The notes under the pieces are model-generated. The model had not been told where the DNA came from, made no database searches, and saw only the letters and a program-made list of their open reading frames with translations. From a phage, in the sequence record PZ019085.1: a stretch of DNA of 64,000 nucleotides, one strand, 5' to 3'. Positions 8,550 through 18,409 of the stretch are shown one piece after another. The translations under genes and the position numbers were made by a program. Position 1 is the stretch's first letter, and the number at the start of each line of letters is the position of its first letter.

Positions 8550-8852
8550 ATGGCCTTAAGAGCGATAGCTGTCATGGCGATGCTGGGGTTTTTTGCAGCA
8601 ACAACTCCTAACGTTGGTACTGCGTACACCGACCCATATTTTGATAACTTTATGGAATCAGGGATTAAAAACGTATATACTTTGTTTGAAATTCAAAATG
8701 TCGAGAATTCTGAAAAATTCTATAAGTATATGGCAAAGCATTACAAAAATAGCCCCTGTGACGATGCATTTGAATGTCATGAACAAGGCATAAAAACTGC
8801 CAGACAATTTGCCGAGTTCATGAAAATAAAATTAGAGCCTACATCTATCTAA
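8550..8852 (+). CDS. Secreted or membrane hypothetical protein
   Basis: N-terminal hydrophobic signal (AIAVMAMLGFFAATTP). Confidence 0.5.
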   Translation: MALRAIAVMAMLGFFAATTPNVGTAYTDPYFDNFMESGIKNVYTLFEIQNVENSEKFYKYMAKHYKNSPCDDAFECHEQGIKTARQFAEFMKIKLEPTSI

Positions 8853-8858
8853 TTTACT

Positions 8859-8887
8859 AGCCCCTTCCTTACGGTTGGGGCTTTTTT
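8859..8887 (+). terminator. Rho-independent terminator
   Basis: Stem agcccc/ggggct with a following T-run. Confidence 0.6.
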
Positions 8888-8897
8888 GCATTTAGCA

Positions 8898-8950
8898 GTT
8901 TACTTCTCCTCAGGTTGTGTTATAGTAGACCTTACTTACTAGAGGAGAAC
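8898..8950 (+). promoter_or_regulatory. Early promoter with inverted repeat (ttctcctc / gaggagaa) overlapping the SD
   Basis: gtttac at 8898-8903; tatagt -10; right repeat arm forms the SD before ATG 8954. Confidence 0.5.
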
Positions 8951-8953
8951 GTT

Positions 8954-9133
8954 ATGACACGTAAAGAAAAGATTTCTAAGTTGATGTTTTTGATTGAAGA
9001 GTACGCTAATGCGGTATCTGATTGGGAAAATGCTCATGGTTGCGAAGATGGAGACATCGACATTAACAGAGCTATGAAAAAGATGGCCGATGCCCACACC
9101 GAATTGCAAATGTATGTTAACGAGATTATGTGA
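8954..9133 (+). CDS. Hypothetical protein
   Basis: ATG at 8954 after gaggag. Confidence 0.45.
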   Translation: MTRKEKISKLMFLIEEYANAVSDWENAHGCEDGDIDINRAMKKMADAHTELQMYVNEIM

Positions 9134-9140
9134 GGATATT

Positions 9141-9305
9141 ATGCTTTACGATTATACTGGAAAATCTGAAGACGGTGTACTTGAACTTTTACCTGAAAGC
9201 GCTGAAGATGATATGGTAGTGATGTTTTGTGTCGGTTGTCAATCAATGCGTGATGAAATTTTTAAACGTGAACCAAGAAACTGTTGGCACAGGAGCATGA
9301 GATGA
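9141..9305 (+). CDS. Hypothetical small protein (paralog of 9397..9612)
   Basis: MLYDYTGKSEDGVLELLPE resembles MLYDPSGNFENGVIVLEPE downstream. Confidence 0.4.
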   Translation: MLYDYTGKSEDGVLELLPESAEDDMVVMFCVGCQSMRDEIFKREPRNCWHRSMR

Positions 9306-9397
9306 TTTACTATCTTGAACCTTGGGCTTGGTTAACAATGGCTATAGGGCCTGTTTTAATTGGTTTATTCTTTTCATGGTTAGCGAGGAAACTGTAA
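9302..9397 (+). CDS. Possible 31-aa transmembrane peptide
   Basis: MIYYLEPWAWLTMAIGPVLIGLFFSWLARKL; below the ORF-track size cutoff; fills the gap between the two paralogs. Confidence 0.25.
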   Translation: MIYYLEPWAWLTMAIGPVLIGLFFSWLARKL

Positions 9398-9612
9398 TGT
9401 TGTATGACCCAAGTGGTAATTTTGAAAATGGTGTGATTGTTCTGGAACCTGAGCATCCAGTTGGTGACGTATACCGCCCAGTTGAAGTATGCGAATGTAA
9501 TTTTGTTGCAGGTAATACTGGTGGGATTTCCATTGAGCAAGATGATGATGTTATTTACCTGGATGCAAGCCAAGTAGAAGCGCTTTATAGTATTTTAAAA
9601 CACAATCGGTAG
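9397..9612 (+). CDS. Hypothetical small protein (paralog of 9141..9305)
   Basis: ATG at 9397 after gaggaa. Confidence 0.4.
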   Translation: MLYDPSGNFENGVIVLEPEHPVGDVYRPVEVCECNFVAGNTGGISIEQDDDVIYLDASQVEALYSILKHNR

Positions 9613-9776
9613 TTTACGTCTTGGTAGGACTATGATATAGTAATCCTACCAAAACAAATGGAGAACAAAATGAAACTTTTGCTTATCGCTTATGTTGTAG
9701 TACAATACAATTATCCGATGTTTACTTATAACATGGTAAACGGCATAGTGAATCTTATTGAAACGAGTATGGTAAA

Positions 9777-9956
9777 ATGACCCGTGAACAAGCTAATAAA
9801 TTGATGGACCTTATCCATGACTTACGTGAAGCCGATTCAGATTTGAATGATGTAGCTTATCATGCGGTAAATGATAACGTAGACTTTTATGAAAATCAGG
9901 TTGATGCTTGCCAGGATGCTTTGGTGAATTTTGTTGAAACTTTAATTGGTGAATAA
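9777..9956 (+). CDS. Possible 59-aa acidic protein
   Basis: MTREQANKLMDLIHDLREADSDLNDV...; below the track cutoff; ATGA overlap with an upstream 36-aa ORF (9670..9780). Confidence 0.3.
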   Translation: MTREQANKLMDLIHDLREADSDLNDVAYHAVNDNVDFYENQVDACQDALVNFVETLIGE

Positions 9957-9957
9957 T

Positions 9958-10488
9958 ATGAAAACTGTAATTGAAACAACCGAGTTGTTTGGTGATTTAT
10001 GTATCGAAAAACGTGGTCATGTGTATGTTCTGACACAAGAAGATGATGCGGTCACTATTCTTCCTATGGAACTGGACAAGATTTTGAAACTCAATCCACC
10101 AGGCCATGCATCTGTAATTAACATTGACGAAGACCTTCAAGTTCGTTTTTATCATGGACTTTATAGTGGGGTTAATATCGAAACTGAAGACGAATGTTTT
10201 TCTATTAATAATTGGAAAACATTCGTCACTAAGGTGAAAGAATTCATGGAATCTGAAACAGCCAAAAAGGCCAAACTTCAATGGGCTAAATGCCGTAATG
10301 CTTTTATTACAAATCAGGACCGCCCTGACTATACAACAGTCCTAGGCGTTAATCCTTCGTATGAAGATGGTGACGTCGTAGTTATTCGCCAAATTGACGA
10401 CCTTCGTCAACATATCATTACATTAGACAAAGATGAAGCAGTTGCTCTTAAAGCTTATCTTGATTCTATTATCCCGACTTTGAAATAA
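9958..10488 (+). CDS. Hypothetical protein
   Basis: ORF track; ATG at 9958. Confidence 0.5.
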   Translation: MKTVIETTELFGDLCIEKRGHVYVLTQEDDAVTILPMELDKILKLNPPGHASVINIDEDLQVRFYHGLYSGVNIETEDECFSINNWKTFVTKVKEFMESETAKKAKLQWAKCRNAFITNQDRPDYTTVLGVNPSYEDGDVVVIRQIDDLRQHIITLDKDEAVALKAYLDSIIPTLK

Positions 10489-10497
10489 GGAATTATT

Positions 10498-10971
10498 ATG
10501 ATTATCAATGAAAACTCTTGGCACTTTAAAATTTATGCCATGTTCAATAGTACATGGCATCGTCCGAAAACGTTGTGTGCTTATTTTTGGAAAACGTTAA
10601 TCCCAGTATTGGCTGTTTCAATTATTGGATTTGCTATTTTAGCAGCAGTCGTAATCATTGGCCAGGAATTTTTAACTAGATTCTTTGTTTTTAGCAGTCT
10701 ATGGACATTAGTTCCGGCCTCAATTGGCGTAGGCATTTTAATGGTAGCAGTCATGGCTTTTATTGCTACCGGGTTGGTAATTGGCCCGTCTTGGTTGTTA
10801 GACAAATATAACGACAGAAAATATTATAAAGAAATTGAGCTCATTGCACAAAACCAAGAACGAATTAAAAATGGACTTGAGCCTATTGAACGTAAGAAAT
10901 CATTAATAGGTGAATACCTTAAAGCTCGTAAAGAAAAAATCTGTCCTACTCTTGAATATAAGGCTAAATGA
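10498..10971 (+). CDS. Hypothetical membrane protein
   Basis: Several hydrophobic segments. Confidence 0.5.
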   Translation: MIINENSWHFKIYAMFNSTWHRPKTLCAYFWKTLIPVLAVSIIGFAILAAVVIIGQEFLTRFFVFSSLWTLVPASIGVGILMVAVMAFIATGLVIGPSWLLDKYNDRKYYKEIELIAQNQERIKNGLEPIERKKSLIGEYLKARKEKICPTLEYKAK

Positions 10972-11957
10972 TGAAAACAATTATGAAAGGCTACTTTGGT
11001 AGTCACCTTTATGGAATGTCTACTCCTGAATCCGACGTCGATTTTAAAGAAATTTATGTCCCTCATGCTCGTGATATTTTGACCGGTAACGTTAAAGAAC
11101 ATATGAGCAAGAACACGAATAACACATCTTCTAAGAACACAAAAGACGACGTGGACCACGAGTTGTATAGTCTCAAATATTTCTTTAAACTAGCTGCAGA
11201 TGGTGAAACCGTCGCATTAGATATGCTTCACACTCCACCAGGTTTAGTAGTTAAATCTGATTTGCCTGACGTGTGGAAGTATATTCAAGATAACAGGTCT
11301 CGTTTCTATACCACTAACATGAAATCTTATTTAGGGTATGTCCGTAAGCAAGCTTCTAAATATGGTGTCAAGGGTTCTCGACTGGCTGTTCTTCGTCAAG
11401 CCCTTAAACGTTCTAATGAATGGGGACAATACTTTGATAATGGTGCAGTAATTCGTTTATCACATATGAAGAATGTTCTGCCTGTAGGTGAATTTGCTTC
11501 ATGGGTTGAAACCGAAAACGAGAAAACAGGTAAGCAAACATTCTATAATCTGTTAGACCGTAAATTCCAAGACACATTAACCAATAAAGAGTTCAATGCC
11601 ATCCTTGTTAAACTAGAAGAGAACTATGGCGAACGTGCTCGTAAGGCAGAAGCTAACGAAGGTATTGACTGGAAAGCATTGAGTCATGCATGTCGTGGTG
11701 GACTTCAATTATTGGAAATTTACAAAACAGGCGACCTGGTTTACCCACTTCAGGATGCTCCGTTTATTCTCGATGTTAAGCTTGGTAAACATACGTTTAA
11801 AACTGTACAAGAATTCCTAGAAGATATCGTTGACCAAGTTGAACATGCGTCAGAACAAGCTGCCAAGAACGGTATGCAACAAAAAGTAGATATGAGTTTC
11901 TGGGATGACTTCCTTGAACAAGTCTATCTCGAAAATCATAATTCTTACTATAAATAA
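10968..11957 (+). CDS. Predicted nucleotidyltransferase (Pol-beta-like fold)
   Basis: N-terminal motif GYFGSHLYGMSTPESDVDF resembles the NTase GS...DxD signature. Confidence 0.45.
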   Translation: MMKTIMKGYFGSHLYGMSTPESDVDFKEIYVPHARDILTGNVKEHMSKNTNNTSSKNTKDDVDHELYSLKYFFKLAADGETVALDMLHTPPGLVVKSDLPDVWKYIQDNRSRFYTTNMKSYLGYVRKQASKYGVKGSRLAVLRQALKRSNEWGQYFDNGAVIRLSHMKNVLPVGEFASWVETENEKTGKQTFYNLLDRKFQDTLTNKEFNAILVKLEENYGERARKAEANEGIDWKALSHACRGGLQLLEIYKTGDLVYPLQDAPFILDVKLGKHTFKTVQEFLEDIVDQVEHASEQAAKNGMQQKVDMSFWDDFLEQVYLENHNSYYK

Positions 11958-11988
11958 GTAGATAAATAACCCTTAACTTGAGGTAAAT

Positions 11989-12255
11989 ATGAAAAAACTA
12001 GTAATTGGTTTATTCGCAGTAATGATGGCGTTCTCTGTTGGTGCTACCATGGGTGCAGGAGCTGGTGGTAACCAGTCTTCTGGGCCTTCTAATGGTTCTG
12101 TAAATGCATCACATTCTCAGGGTATTGAGAACATTAAATCAAGCTATATTAATAGCACGGCTGGACAAGCAACTGAAGCATGGTCAAAGGGCCGAGTAGT
12201 TACTCACTCCGTATTCTGTGATATGCCTAATTATGTTGCTAAGTGCGATAAGTAA
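11989..12255 (+). CDS. Secreted Gly/Ser-rich hypothetical protein
   Basis: Signal peptide MKKLVIGLFAVMMAFSVGA. Confidence 0.5.
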   Translation: MKKLVIGLFAVMMAFSVGATMGAGAGGNQSSGPSNGSVNASHSQGIENIKSSYINSTAGQATEAWSKGRVVTHSVFCDMPNYVAKCDK

Positions 12256-12374
12256 ATGTGGGGACCTTCGGGTCCCTTTAGGGGGTTAAAATATTTTTAA
12301 AAAAGTAGTGTACATGCTTTTAGGATATGTTATTATAGACCTATCGAAACGAAATGAGTAAATTGGAGAATAAA

Positions 12375-13355
12375 ATGTTCAACGTTCAAATCAAAAAAGG
12401 TATCTATCGTAATAACGAAATCTCTGGTTCTTATGTTGCCACAAAGACATGGTTCCCGGCAAAGCTTAATCCTGAATGTTCCCACTTAGGTGATGGTAAA
12501 ATTTTCGTTATGATTGATGGTTCTGAACGTGGAGTATGGGTCTTCAAATCAGACATCGTAATGGAAGGAGTTGAGACATCACCAGTTGCAGTTGTTGAAA
12601 GCACTGAAGATATGAAAACTCGTATCAACAAACGCTTTAAAGTAATGAACATGATGACGAATGGCATTATCGATGGCAAAATTCGTTCACTCATTATTTC
12701 AGGTGCAGCTGGTATTGGTAAGACGTATTCTCTGGATAAAGCACTTAATAATGCTAATGATAATGGTTTCATCAAATACAAAAGCATTAATGGTAAAATC
12801 TCCGGTATTGGCCTTTACGAACAGCTTTGGCTCAACCGTGATGCAGACAGCGTTCTCTTAATCGACGACGTTGACGTATTCTCGGATATGGACATCTTGA
12901 ACCTTCTTAAAGCAGCATTAGATACCGGAGATAAACGCAAAGTTTGTTGGAGCACTGCGTCATCTTATCTCGATGATAAGGGTATTGATAAAGAATTTGA
13001 GTTTGAAGGTACTATCGTTTTCATTACAAACGTTGATATCGATAAAGAGTTAGAACGCGGTTCGAAACTTGCTCCACACCTTCAAGCTTTAGTATCTCGT
13101 TCAGTGTATCTCGACCTTGGAGTACACTCTAATGAAGAGATTATGGTTCGAGTTGAAGATGTAATATTATCTACTGACATGATGCAGAAACGTGGCTTGA
13201 CTGATGCTGAAACGTACAAAGCATTGTCCTGGATGAAGGCTAATGTATCTCGTCTTCGCAATGTATCATTACGTACCGCTCTTTATGTAGCAGATTTTAT
13301 TTCAACTGATAAAGATGGTTGGGAGGAAATCTCTGAAGTTACTTTACTGAAATAA
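12375..13355 (+). CDS. AAA-type P-loop ATPase
   Basis: Walker A GAAGIGKT, Walker B LLIDDVD; ATG at 12375 after ggag. Confidence 0.6.
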   Translation: MFNVQIKKGIYRNNEISGSYVATKTWFPAKLNPECSHLGDGKIFVMIDGSERGVWVFKSDIVMEGVETSPVAVVESTEDMKTRINKRFKVMNMMTNGIIDGKIRSLIISGAAGIGKTYSLDKALNNANDNGFIKYKSINGKISGIGLYEQLWLNRDADSVLLIDDVDVFSDMDILNLLKAALDTGDKRKVCWSTASSYLDDKGIDKEFEFEGTIVFITNVDIDKELERGSKLAPHLQALVSRSVYLDLGVHSNEEIMVRVEDVILSTDMMQKRGLTDAETYKALSWMKANVSRLRNVSLRTALYVADFISTDKDGWEEISEVTLLK

Positions 13356-13493
13356 GCTTATAGGAAGTTCTGAGGTAACAAAAGCCATAAAGATGAATAA
13401 TCATATGGCTTACCTCAAAGAAGGACACCAGGAACCTACTGAGGGCATAGAAATATTTAAAAATAATGTTGTACAAATCAAAGAGGATATGAT

Positions 13494-13781
13494 ATGGATT
13501 TTATGCAAAAAATTAAAGCCGCAGTCGAACTGTATGCTCATCGTATGGTTAGTTCTACGATGCAATATAGCGAGGAGGTTCGCCAGGACTCTTCCTTGAA
13601 AGGAAAAACTAAAGCCTTAATTACCTTAGATCGTCTACAAAAGAATGCCCTAGAGTTGTTCCAGTACGACAAGGATGCATATAAGAAAGAACAGGAAGAG
13701 AAACTTAAATCCGAAAAATTACAGAAAATTCCGAAGTCGGTTTGGTTCAGTGGAAAAAATACCGAAAAAAGTTTCTTTTAG
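13494..13781 (+). CDS. Hypothetical protein
   Basis: ORF track; SD gagga. Confidence 0.45.
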   Translation: MDFMQKIKAAVELYAHRMVSSTMQYSEEVRQDSSLKGKTKALITLDRLQKNALELFQYDKDAYKKEQEEKLKSEKLQKIPKSVWFSGKNTEKSFF

Positions 13782-13839
13782 TTGTTTACAAGGTCTATGG
13801 TTATGTTATTATAGACCTATCAACTACTGGAGGTAAAAC

Positions 13840-14367
13840 ATGAACGCTAAAGATATTTTCAACCTGGTAAATTATAACGACGGTAAATTTAAATCTGAAG
13901 CACAAAGCAAGTTCTTTAATGACGTTGCTTATGGTAATCTCATTACCGTGGATGGAGGTCAGATTTTCAAATCTCGCTGGAATTGGATTGCTATCATCGA
14001 TTCAGTTGGAATTGTGGAAGTCTACAAAAACACTAACAAAAAACGTACATTATTCTGGTCTCGTGAAACTAACGAGCAGTACAAAAAGGATAAAGCATCT
14101 CGTTTATCCAAAGTAACCCAGGAAGATATCGAGTTTATCAAGAAAGATATCGAGATGTACGAAAATTTAATCGCTGAAGACCAGGCAGTACTCGATAAGT
14201 TTGATGAAATTAAAGCTTCTCGTGAAATCCCTGACTTCATGAAAGAATCAGTAAACGAACGATACGCTCTCACTTCAGAACGTATTGCAAACTATACAAA
14301 ACAGAAAGCAGAACGCATTAGTACTCTTCGGAAATTTGAAGAACGTTTAAAGACGGTTCACGCATAA
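13840..14367 (+). CDS. Hypothetical protein
   Basis: ORF track; early promoter upstream. Confidence 0.5.
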   Translation: MNAKDIFNLVNYNDGKFKSEAQSKFFNDVAYGNLITVDGGQIFKSRWNWIAIIDSVGIVEVYKNTNKKRTLFWSRETNEQYKKDKASRLSKVTQEDIEFIKKDIEMYENLIAEDQAVLDKFDEIKASREIPDFMKESVNERYALTSERIANYTKQKAERISTLRKFEERLKTVHA

Positions 14368-14429
14368 ACGCTTTACCCAAGGACGGGTTATAATGGTTTT
14401 GAGTTCCAATTCAATATGAGGAAATAGTT

Positions 14430-15425
14430 ATGAGCATTACATCTGATGCGGTAAAACATGAAATTAACGGTTTATGTGCTTCACAGATTAAAGTGTGGTT
14501 TAAAGACCATAATGATCGCAGAGCACTTAATTATGAGCAAATTGCTATCCAAGTTCATCAATTACTGACTAGTAAATTTGATTTTCATATGCCATCTGAA
14601 ATCTATACTAATCTGCCGCGAGCACTTATTAAAGCGTGTAAAGGTTATGGAAAATCAATGGCCGATGGAATCTTCAGCGCGCTGAATAAACTTAACGTTC
14701 TGTCGATGATTAACTCTAACAATATCCTGCGTAATCTAGGACGTACTGATTTGTTCGGTCGTGAACAGTGTAAAATGCCTTTGAAATGGATTGTTGCTCA
14801 TCTTAACGAGAACCAAACACGTTTTCTGGCCGTATCAGCACGCTTACAAATGGGCCTAGATCGTCAGATGAACTTTAAAACTCATCCACGTTATTCAGGT
14901 TCAACAGACTTTTATAAATGTGAGCTTCAAAAGGTTGCAGGTAAAACTGTCTTGGTAGTTCGTGTAACGTTTGAAGGACGACGTCAAGGATATTTTGACC
15001 TAATCGGCTCTGGTCTCAAACATTGTGGATTTATCGACGAAGTTGATATCAAGCGAGACGGCACTGGATACCGTATTGGATATGTTTGCACTCTTAAAGA
15101 AGAGATTTCGGGACCAGCACCAGGACTAAAAGATGTTAGATATAAAGACGAGCTCGTTGAAGAAATAAAAGAAGTTGAATATGATATCAACCAAGAAGAT
15201 GCTCTTAAAGACCTTATTGACGAACTAAACCAAGACGTTATTCCGGTTCAGAAATTTGAATCAAAACATGCTGAGCAAATCAAATACTTTGAAGCTTTGA
15301 TTAACGAACTTAATGTAACTATTCAACAGACTGATGATGAAATCTCACGATTAGCAGGCTTAAATGGTAAAAATAAAACGGAACGAGCTAATCTTATTCA
15401 AGTAGTAAAACTTCTTAAGGAATGA
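14430..15425 (+). CDS. Hypothetical protein with C-terminal coiled coil
   Basis: ORF track; heptad-like C-terminus. Confidence 0.55.
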   Translation: MSITSDAVKHEINGLCASQIKVWFKDHNDRRALNYEQIAIQVHQLLTSKFDFHMPSEIYTNLPRALIKACKGYGKSMADGIFSALNKLNVLSMINSNNILRNLGRTDLFGREQCKMPLKWIVAHLNENQTRFLAVSARLQMGLDRQMNFKTHPRYSGSTDFYKCELQKVAGKTVLVVRVTFEGRRQGYFDLIGSGLKHCGFIDEVDIKRDGTGYRIGYVCTLKEEISGPAPGLKDVRYKDELVEEIKEVEYDINQEDALKDLIDELNQDVIPVQKFESKHAEQIKYFEALINELNVTIQQTDDEISRLAGLNGKNKTERANLIQVVKLLKE

Positions 15426-15480
15426 TGTACAACCAGGGATGGTTGGAGTATAATAAATTTTTCAACATGAGGAATATAAA

Positions 15481-16455
15481 ATGGCTTTTATTACACGTAG
15501 AGAACTTATCAAAGAATTTACCTCGAACGCATATACCCCAGGACCTAATCCTATCCGTATGCCTGTAAAGACTCCTGAAGAGATTGAGGAAATCTGTTCA
15601 TATTATGGGATTAATTCTCGTATGTTTACTCAATTTGAATGCATTACTAACACACCCGTTAAAGAGTTCATTAAAAATGGTGAGTTCAGCCGTTTATTAG
15701 CCAAACAGAAACTTCGTAATTTTTGTATCGGCGGTGAAGGACAATATTTCGCTAAACAGTTCCGAAATAACCTTAACAATCTGATGGCCATTGCTTCTCG
15801 TATTCGTCCTCAAGCAATTAACATGAAACATTTGAAATATACTTACGATAAGTTAGAAATCATGGTTATCAGTGAGAACGAGTTCACTCTTACATATAAT
15901 CCTAAGAATGATAACGTTGCTCGTGTATTCCACCAAGCACTAGAAGTTTTAGGCGATAATATCCACCAGATTAAAGCGATTTATTCTCGTGAGCTTAATA
16001 TTATTGACCCTATCAAGAATAAGGGCAATATCGCTATCCAGGCTCGTGTATCTATTGGTAAAAAGGTTCCTGCGCCATGGTGGCACAAAGACTCTGAATA
16101 CTATCAAAATCTTAAAAAGGAAAATGCATTGTTTGAAGCATCGCTTACTGGGACCCCAATTGAACAGGCCGAAGTCCTAAGTGCTTATTCTACTTCGGGT
16201 AAATCAATGTTTAAAGGTTTGCCAAATGTGTGCAAACTGTCTGCAGTAAAACTAAATGTTTCTAATGACCTTCTTCCGGCCGAAGATTACCATTACAATC
16301 AAATCAAGGCCACTATGGACCAACTGTCTGTTGAACTTGACAAAGCACAAGCTAAGCTTCGTGATGCTCAAAGTGTTGTAACGAATCTCCAGTTGCAGTA
16401 TTCTAAACTTTTTAACGCAATGAATGCATTAAAATCATGGATGGTTGGAGTATAA
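15481..16455 (+). CDS. Hypothetical protein with C-terminal coiled coil
   Basis: ORF track. Confidence 0.55.
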   Translation: MAFITRRELIKEFTSNAYTPGPNPIRMPVKTPEEIEEICSYYGINSRMFTQFECITNTPVKEFIKNGEFSRLLAKQKLRNFCIGGEGQYFAKQFRNNLNNLMAIASRIRPQAINMKHLKYTYDKLEIMVISENEFTLTYNPKNDNVARVFHQALEVLGDNIHQIKAIYSRELNIIDPIKNKGNIAIQARVSIGKKVPAPWWHKDSEYYQNLKKENALFEASLTGTPIEQAEVLSAYSTSGKSMFKGLPNVCKLSAVKLNVSNDLLPAEDYHYNQIKATMDQLSVELDKAQAKLRDAQSVVTNLQLQYSKLFNAMNALKSWMVGV

Positions 16456-16484
16456 TGAATCTATCTTAACGAGAGGAAAATATT

Positions 16485-17435
16485 ATGACACGTTCACATT
16501 ACATTGAATACTTTGCCGGTCTTATCGCTAACGTTCATGCCCAACGTGCTTCTGGTTCATTAGGATTTGATGTTCCACATCGAGTTGTAGTAAGTGGTAT
16601 TCTTCGAGATTTTGGTACATACACAGGCCAAGAAAATCATATCTGTAAAGATACTCAAAATGCGTATTCTCATTCATTAGGGACACTGCTTCAATGGTTC
16701 AAACGTTCTCGTTTATTATCTTCTACTGTGGCTCGTGATAACATTAAAAACTTTATGAAGCCCAGCTTTATTAAATCTGTGACATCTAAAACCGATTTAG
16801 TTGAATTTACTATTATTAACGATGTTAAAAAGACTCATTTGGCCGATTGGTTATCTACCATTCCTGAAACTAAATTTGCTGATAAATTTGCTTGTGAATT
16901 CAATAACCAAGTGAATATGCTTTTTAAACATTCTCGTAAATTATTCACAGGCGGCGATGATCGTACAAATAAAGTTCATGTTAAAGATTGGGTTACTGCA
17001 GTATTCAAACCAACCGGTAATGGTAACGCATCATTGTCAATTGATATCCAGGTTCCTTATTACTACTCACGTAATCTCGGCACCATGAAAGCTGAAGAAA
17101 TTAAGAAGCACAATAAAACCATTCGTTCGCTGTCTTATAAACTTCGCATGATGTTACAGACTATGGATGTTGTTGAAATGTTCGACGAAACCGAAGATAA
17201 TGGTTCAATGTTATTCAGTTCTCGAATTAAAATTAAACTGAAGAACCCTAACGAGTATAAGCCTAAGCCTATTAAAGAGCCTAAAGCAGAAAAAGTTGAT
17301 AACTTAAGAGAAGAACGCGAATATCTCAAATCCCGTCTGAAAGAAGTCGAAGCCCAGATTGCAGAACAAACTAAATCGTTAAAAGCTCTGAATGCGAAAG
17401 CGGACGGTTTAAGAAATGCCATTGAGGTTTTATAA
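16485..17435 (+). CDS. Hypothetical protein with C-terminal coiled coil
   Basis: ORF track. Confidence 0.55.
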   Translation: MTRSHYIEYFAGLIANVHAQRASGSLGFDVPHRVVVSGILRDFGTYTGQENHICKDTQNAYSHSLGTLLQWFKRSRLLSSTVARDNIKNFMKPSFIKSVTSKTDLVEFTIINDVKKTHLADWLSTIPETKFADKFACEFNNQVNMLFKHSRKLFTGGDDRTNKVHVKDWVTAVFKPTGNGNASLSIDIQVPYYYSRNLGTMKAEEIKKHNKTIRSLSYKLRMMLQTMDVVEMFDETEDNGSMLFSSRIKIKLKNPNEYKPKPIKEPKAEKVDNLREEREYLKSRLKEVEAQIAEQTKSLKALNAKADGLRNAIEVL

Positions 17436-17740
17436 TGAAACTACGTCTTTTAGAGGATATTGATATGAGCACTAATCACAGCTTGGTTAAGTTTATTGAC
17501 GATAGTTCAAAGATTGAATTTGTTCAGCGAGATAAAATCCACAGTGAAGAAGAGTTCGTTCCTCCGGCATGGAACGAAATAATGAAAATGGTTGAACGAC
17601 GTGAAAATGCTGCCAAATCGGCAGCAAAACATCCATGCCCGGAATGTGGAACTATCCAAGTCCAACTGGTTAACTGGACCACTGATAACTTGAAATTGAA
17701 ATGCCGTAAATGCTTCCACAAATTTGAGAGAACATTATAA
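17435..17740 (+). CDS. Zinc-ribbon hypothetical protein
   Basis: CPECG ... CRKC. Confidence 0.5.
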   Translation: MKLRLLEDIDMSTNHSLVKFIDDSSKIEFVQRDKIHSEEEFVPPAWNEIMKMVERRENAAKSAAKHPCPECGTIQVQLVNWTTDNLKLKCRKCFHKFERTL

Positions 17741-18153
17741 TGAGATATAGCCTTCGTTGTTTTATTGCAGCTTTAGTTTTTGCCATCATTCCATTCATTT
17801 GGAACAGCCAGAATACTTACATGGAAACTAAAGTAATTCCTGTGGAGGTAGTGGAATTAATCTCAGGCCAATCTACAGGAAAATATTCTAAATTAGAATT
17901 TATTGCCGTCTATAAAGATGAGCAAGGACGAGTTTTTGACAGGCATGTATCACCGTCGTTTTATACGCTTCTGAATAAAGGTGATACGATAGCTATAGAA
18001 ATTCGTGAGATGGATATCAAACAAACTACTAAAGATAACTTGATTTGGTTCTTTGGTACAGTGTTGTTGGTTTCTATCTGTATCACAGGTTTTATTACAT
18101 GTATTGTATTTGGCATTGCATATTTAATTGATGAAAGGAAAAATAATGTTTAA
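17740..18153 (+). CDS. Membrane protein (N- and C-terminal TM segments)
   Basis: Hydrophobic termini. Confidence 0.5.
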   Translation: MRYSLRCFIAALVFAIIPFIWNSQNTYMETKVIPVEVVELISGQSTGKYSKLEFIAVYKDEQGRVFDRHVSPSFYTLLNKGDTIAIEIREMDIKQTTKDNLIWFFGTVLLVSICITGFITCIVFGIAYLIDERKNNV

Positions 18154-18409
18154 AGTGTACGGGTATGACTCTACTATTCATAAATGCATTTATTGTGATA
18201 ATGCGAAACGATTGCTGACTGTTAAGAAACAGCCATTCGAATTCATTAATGTTATGCCAGAAAAAGGTGTGTTCGATGATGAGAAAATTGCTGAGCTTCT
18301 GGTTAAGCTTGGACGTGAATCACAAGTCGGATTGACTATGCCTCAAGTGTTTGCTCCTGATGGAAGTCACATTGGTGGATTTGACCAACTACGAGAATAT
18401 TTTAAATGA
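18149..18409 (+). CDS. nrdC: Glutaredoxin/thioredoxin NrdC
   Basis: MFKVYGYDSTIHKCIYCDNAKRLL... matches T4 NrdC; CIYC active site. Confidence 0.9.
   Translation, partial: FKVYGYDSTIHKCIYCDNAKRLLTVKKQPFEFINVMPEKGVFDDEKIAELLVKLGRESQVGLTMPQVFAPDGSHIGGFDQLREYFK

Noticed and set aside
12261-12280. UUCG hairpin after the secreted protein gene, as an intrinsic terminator
   Set aside because: It lacks a proper U-tract (ttta then ggggg); more likely an RNA-stability hairpin than a terminator.
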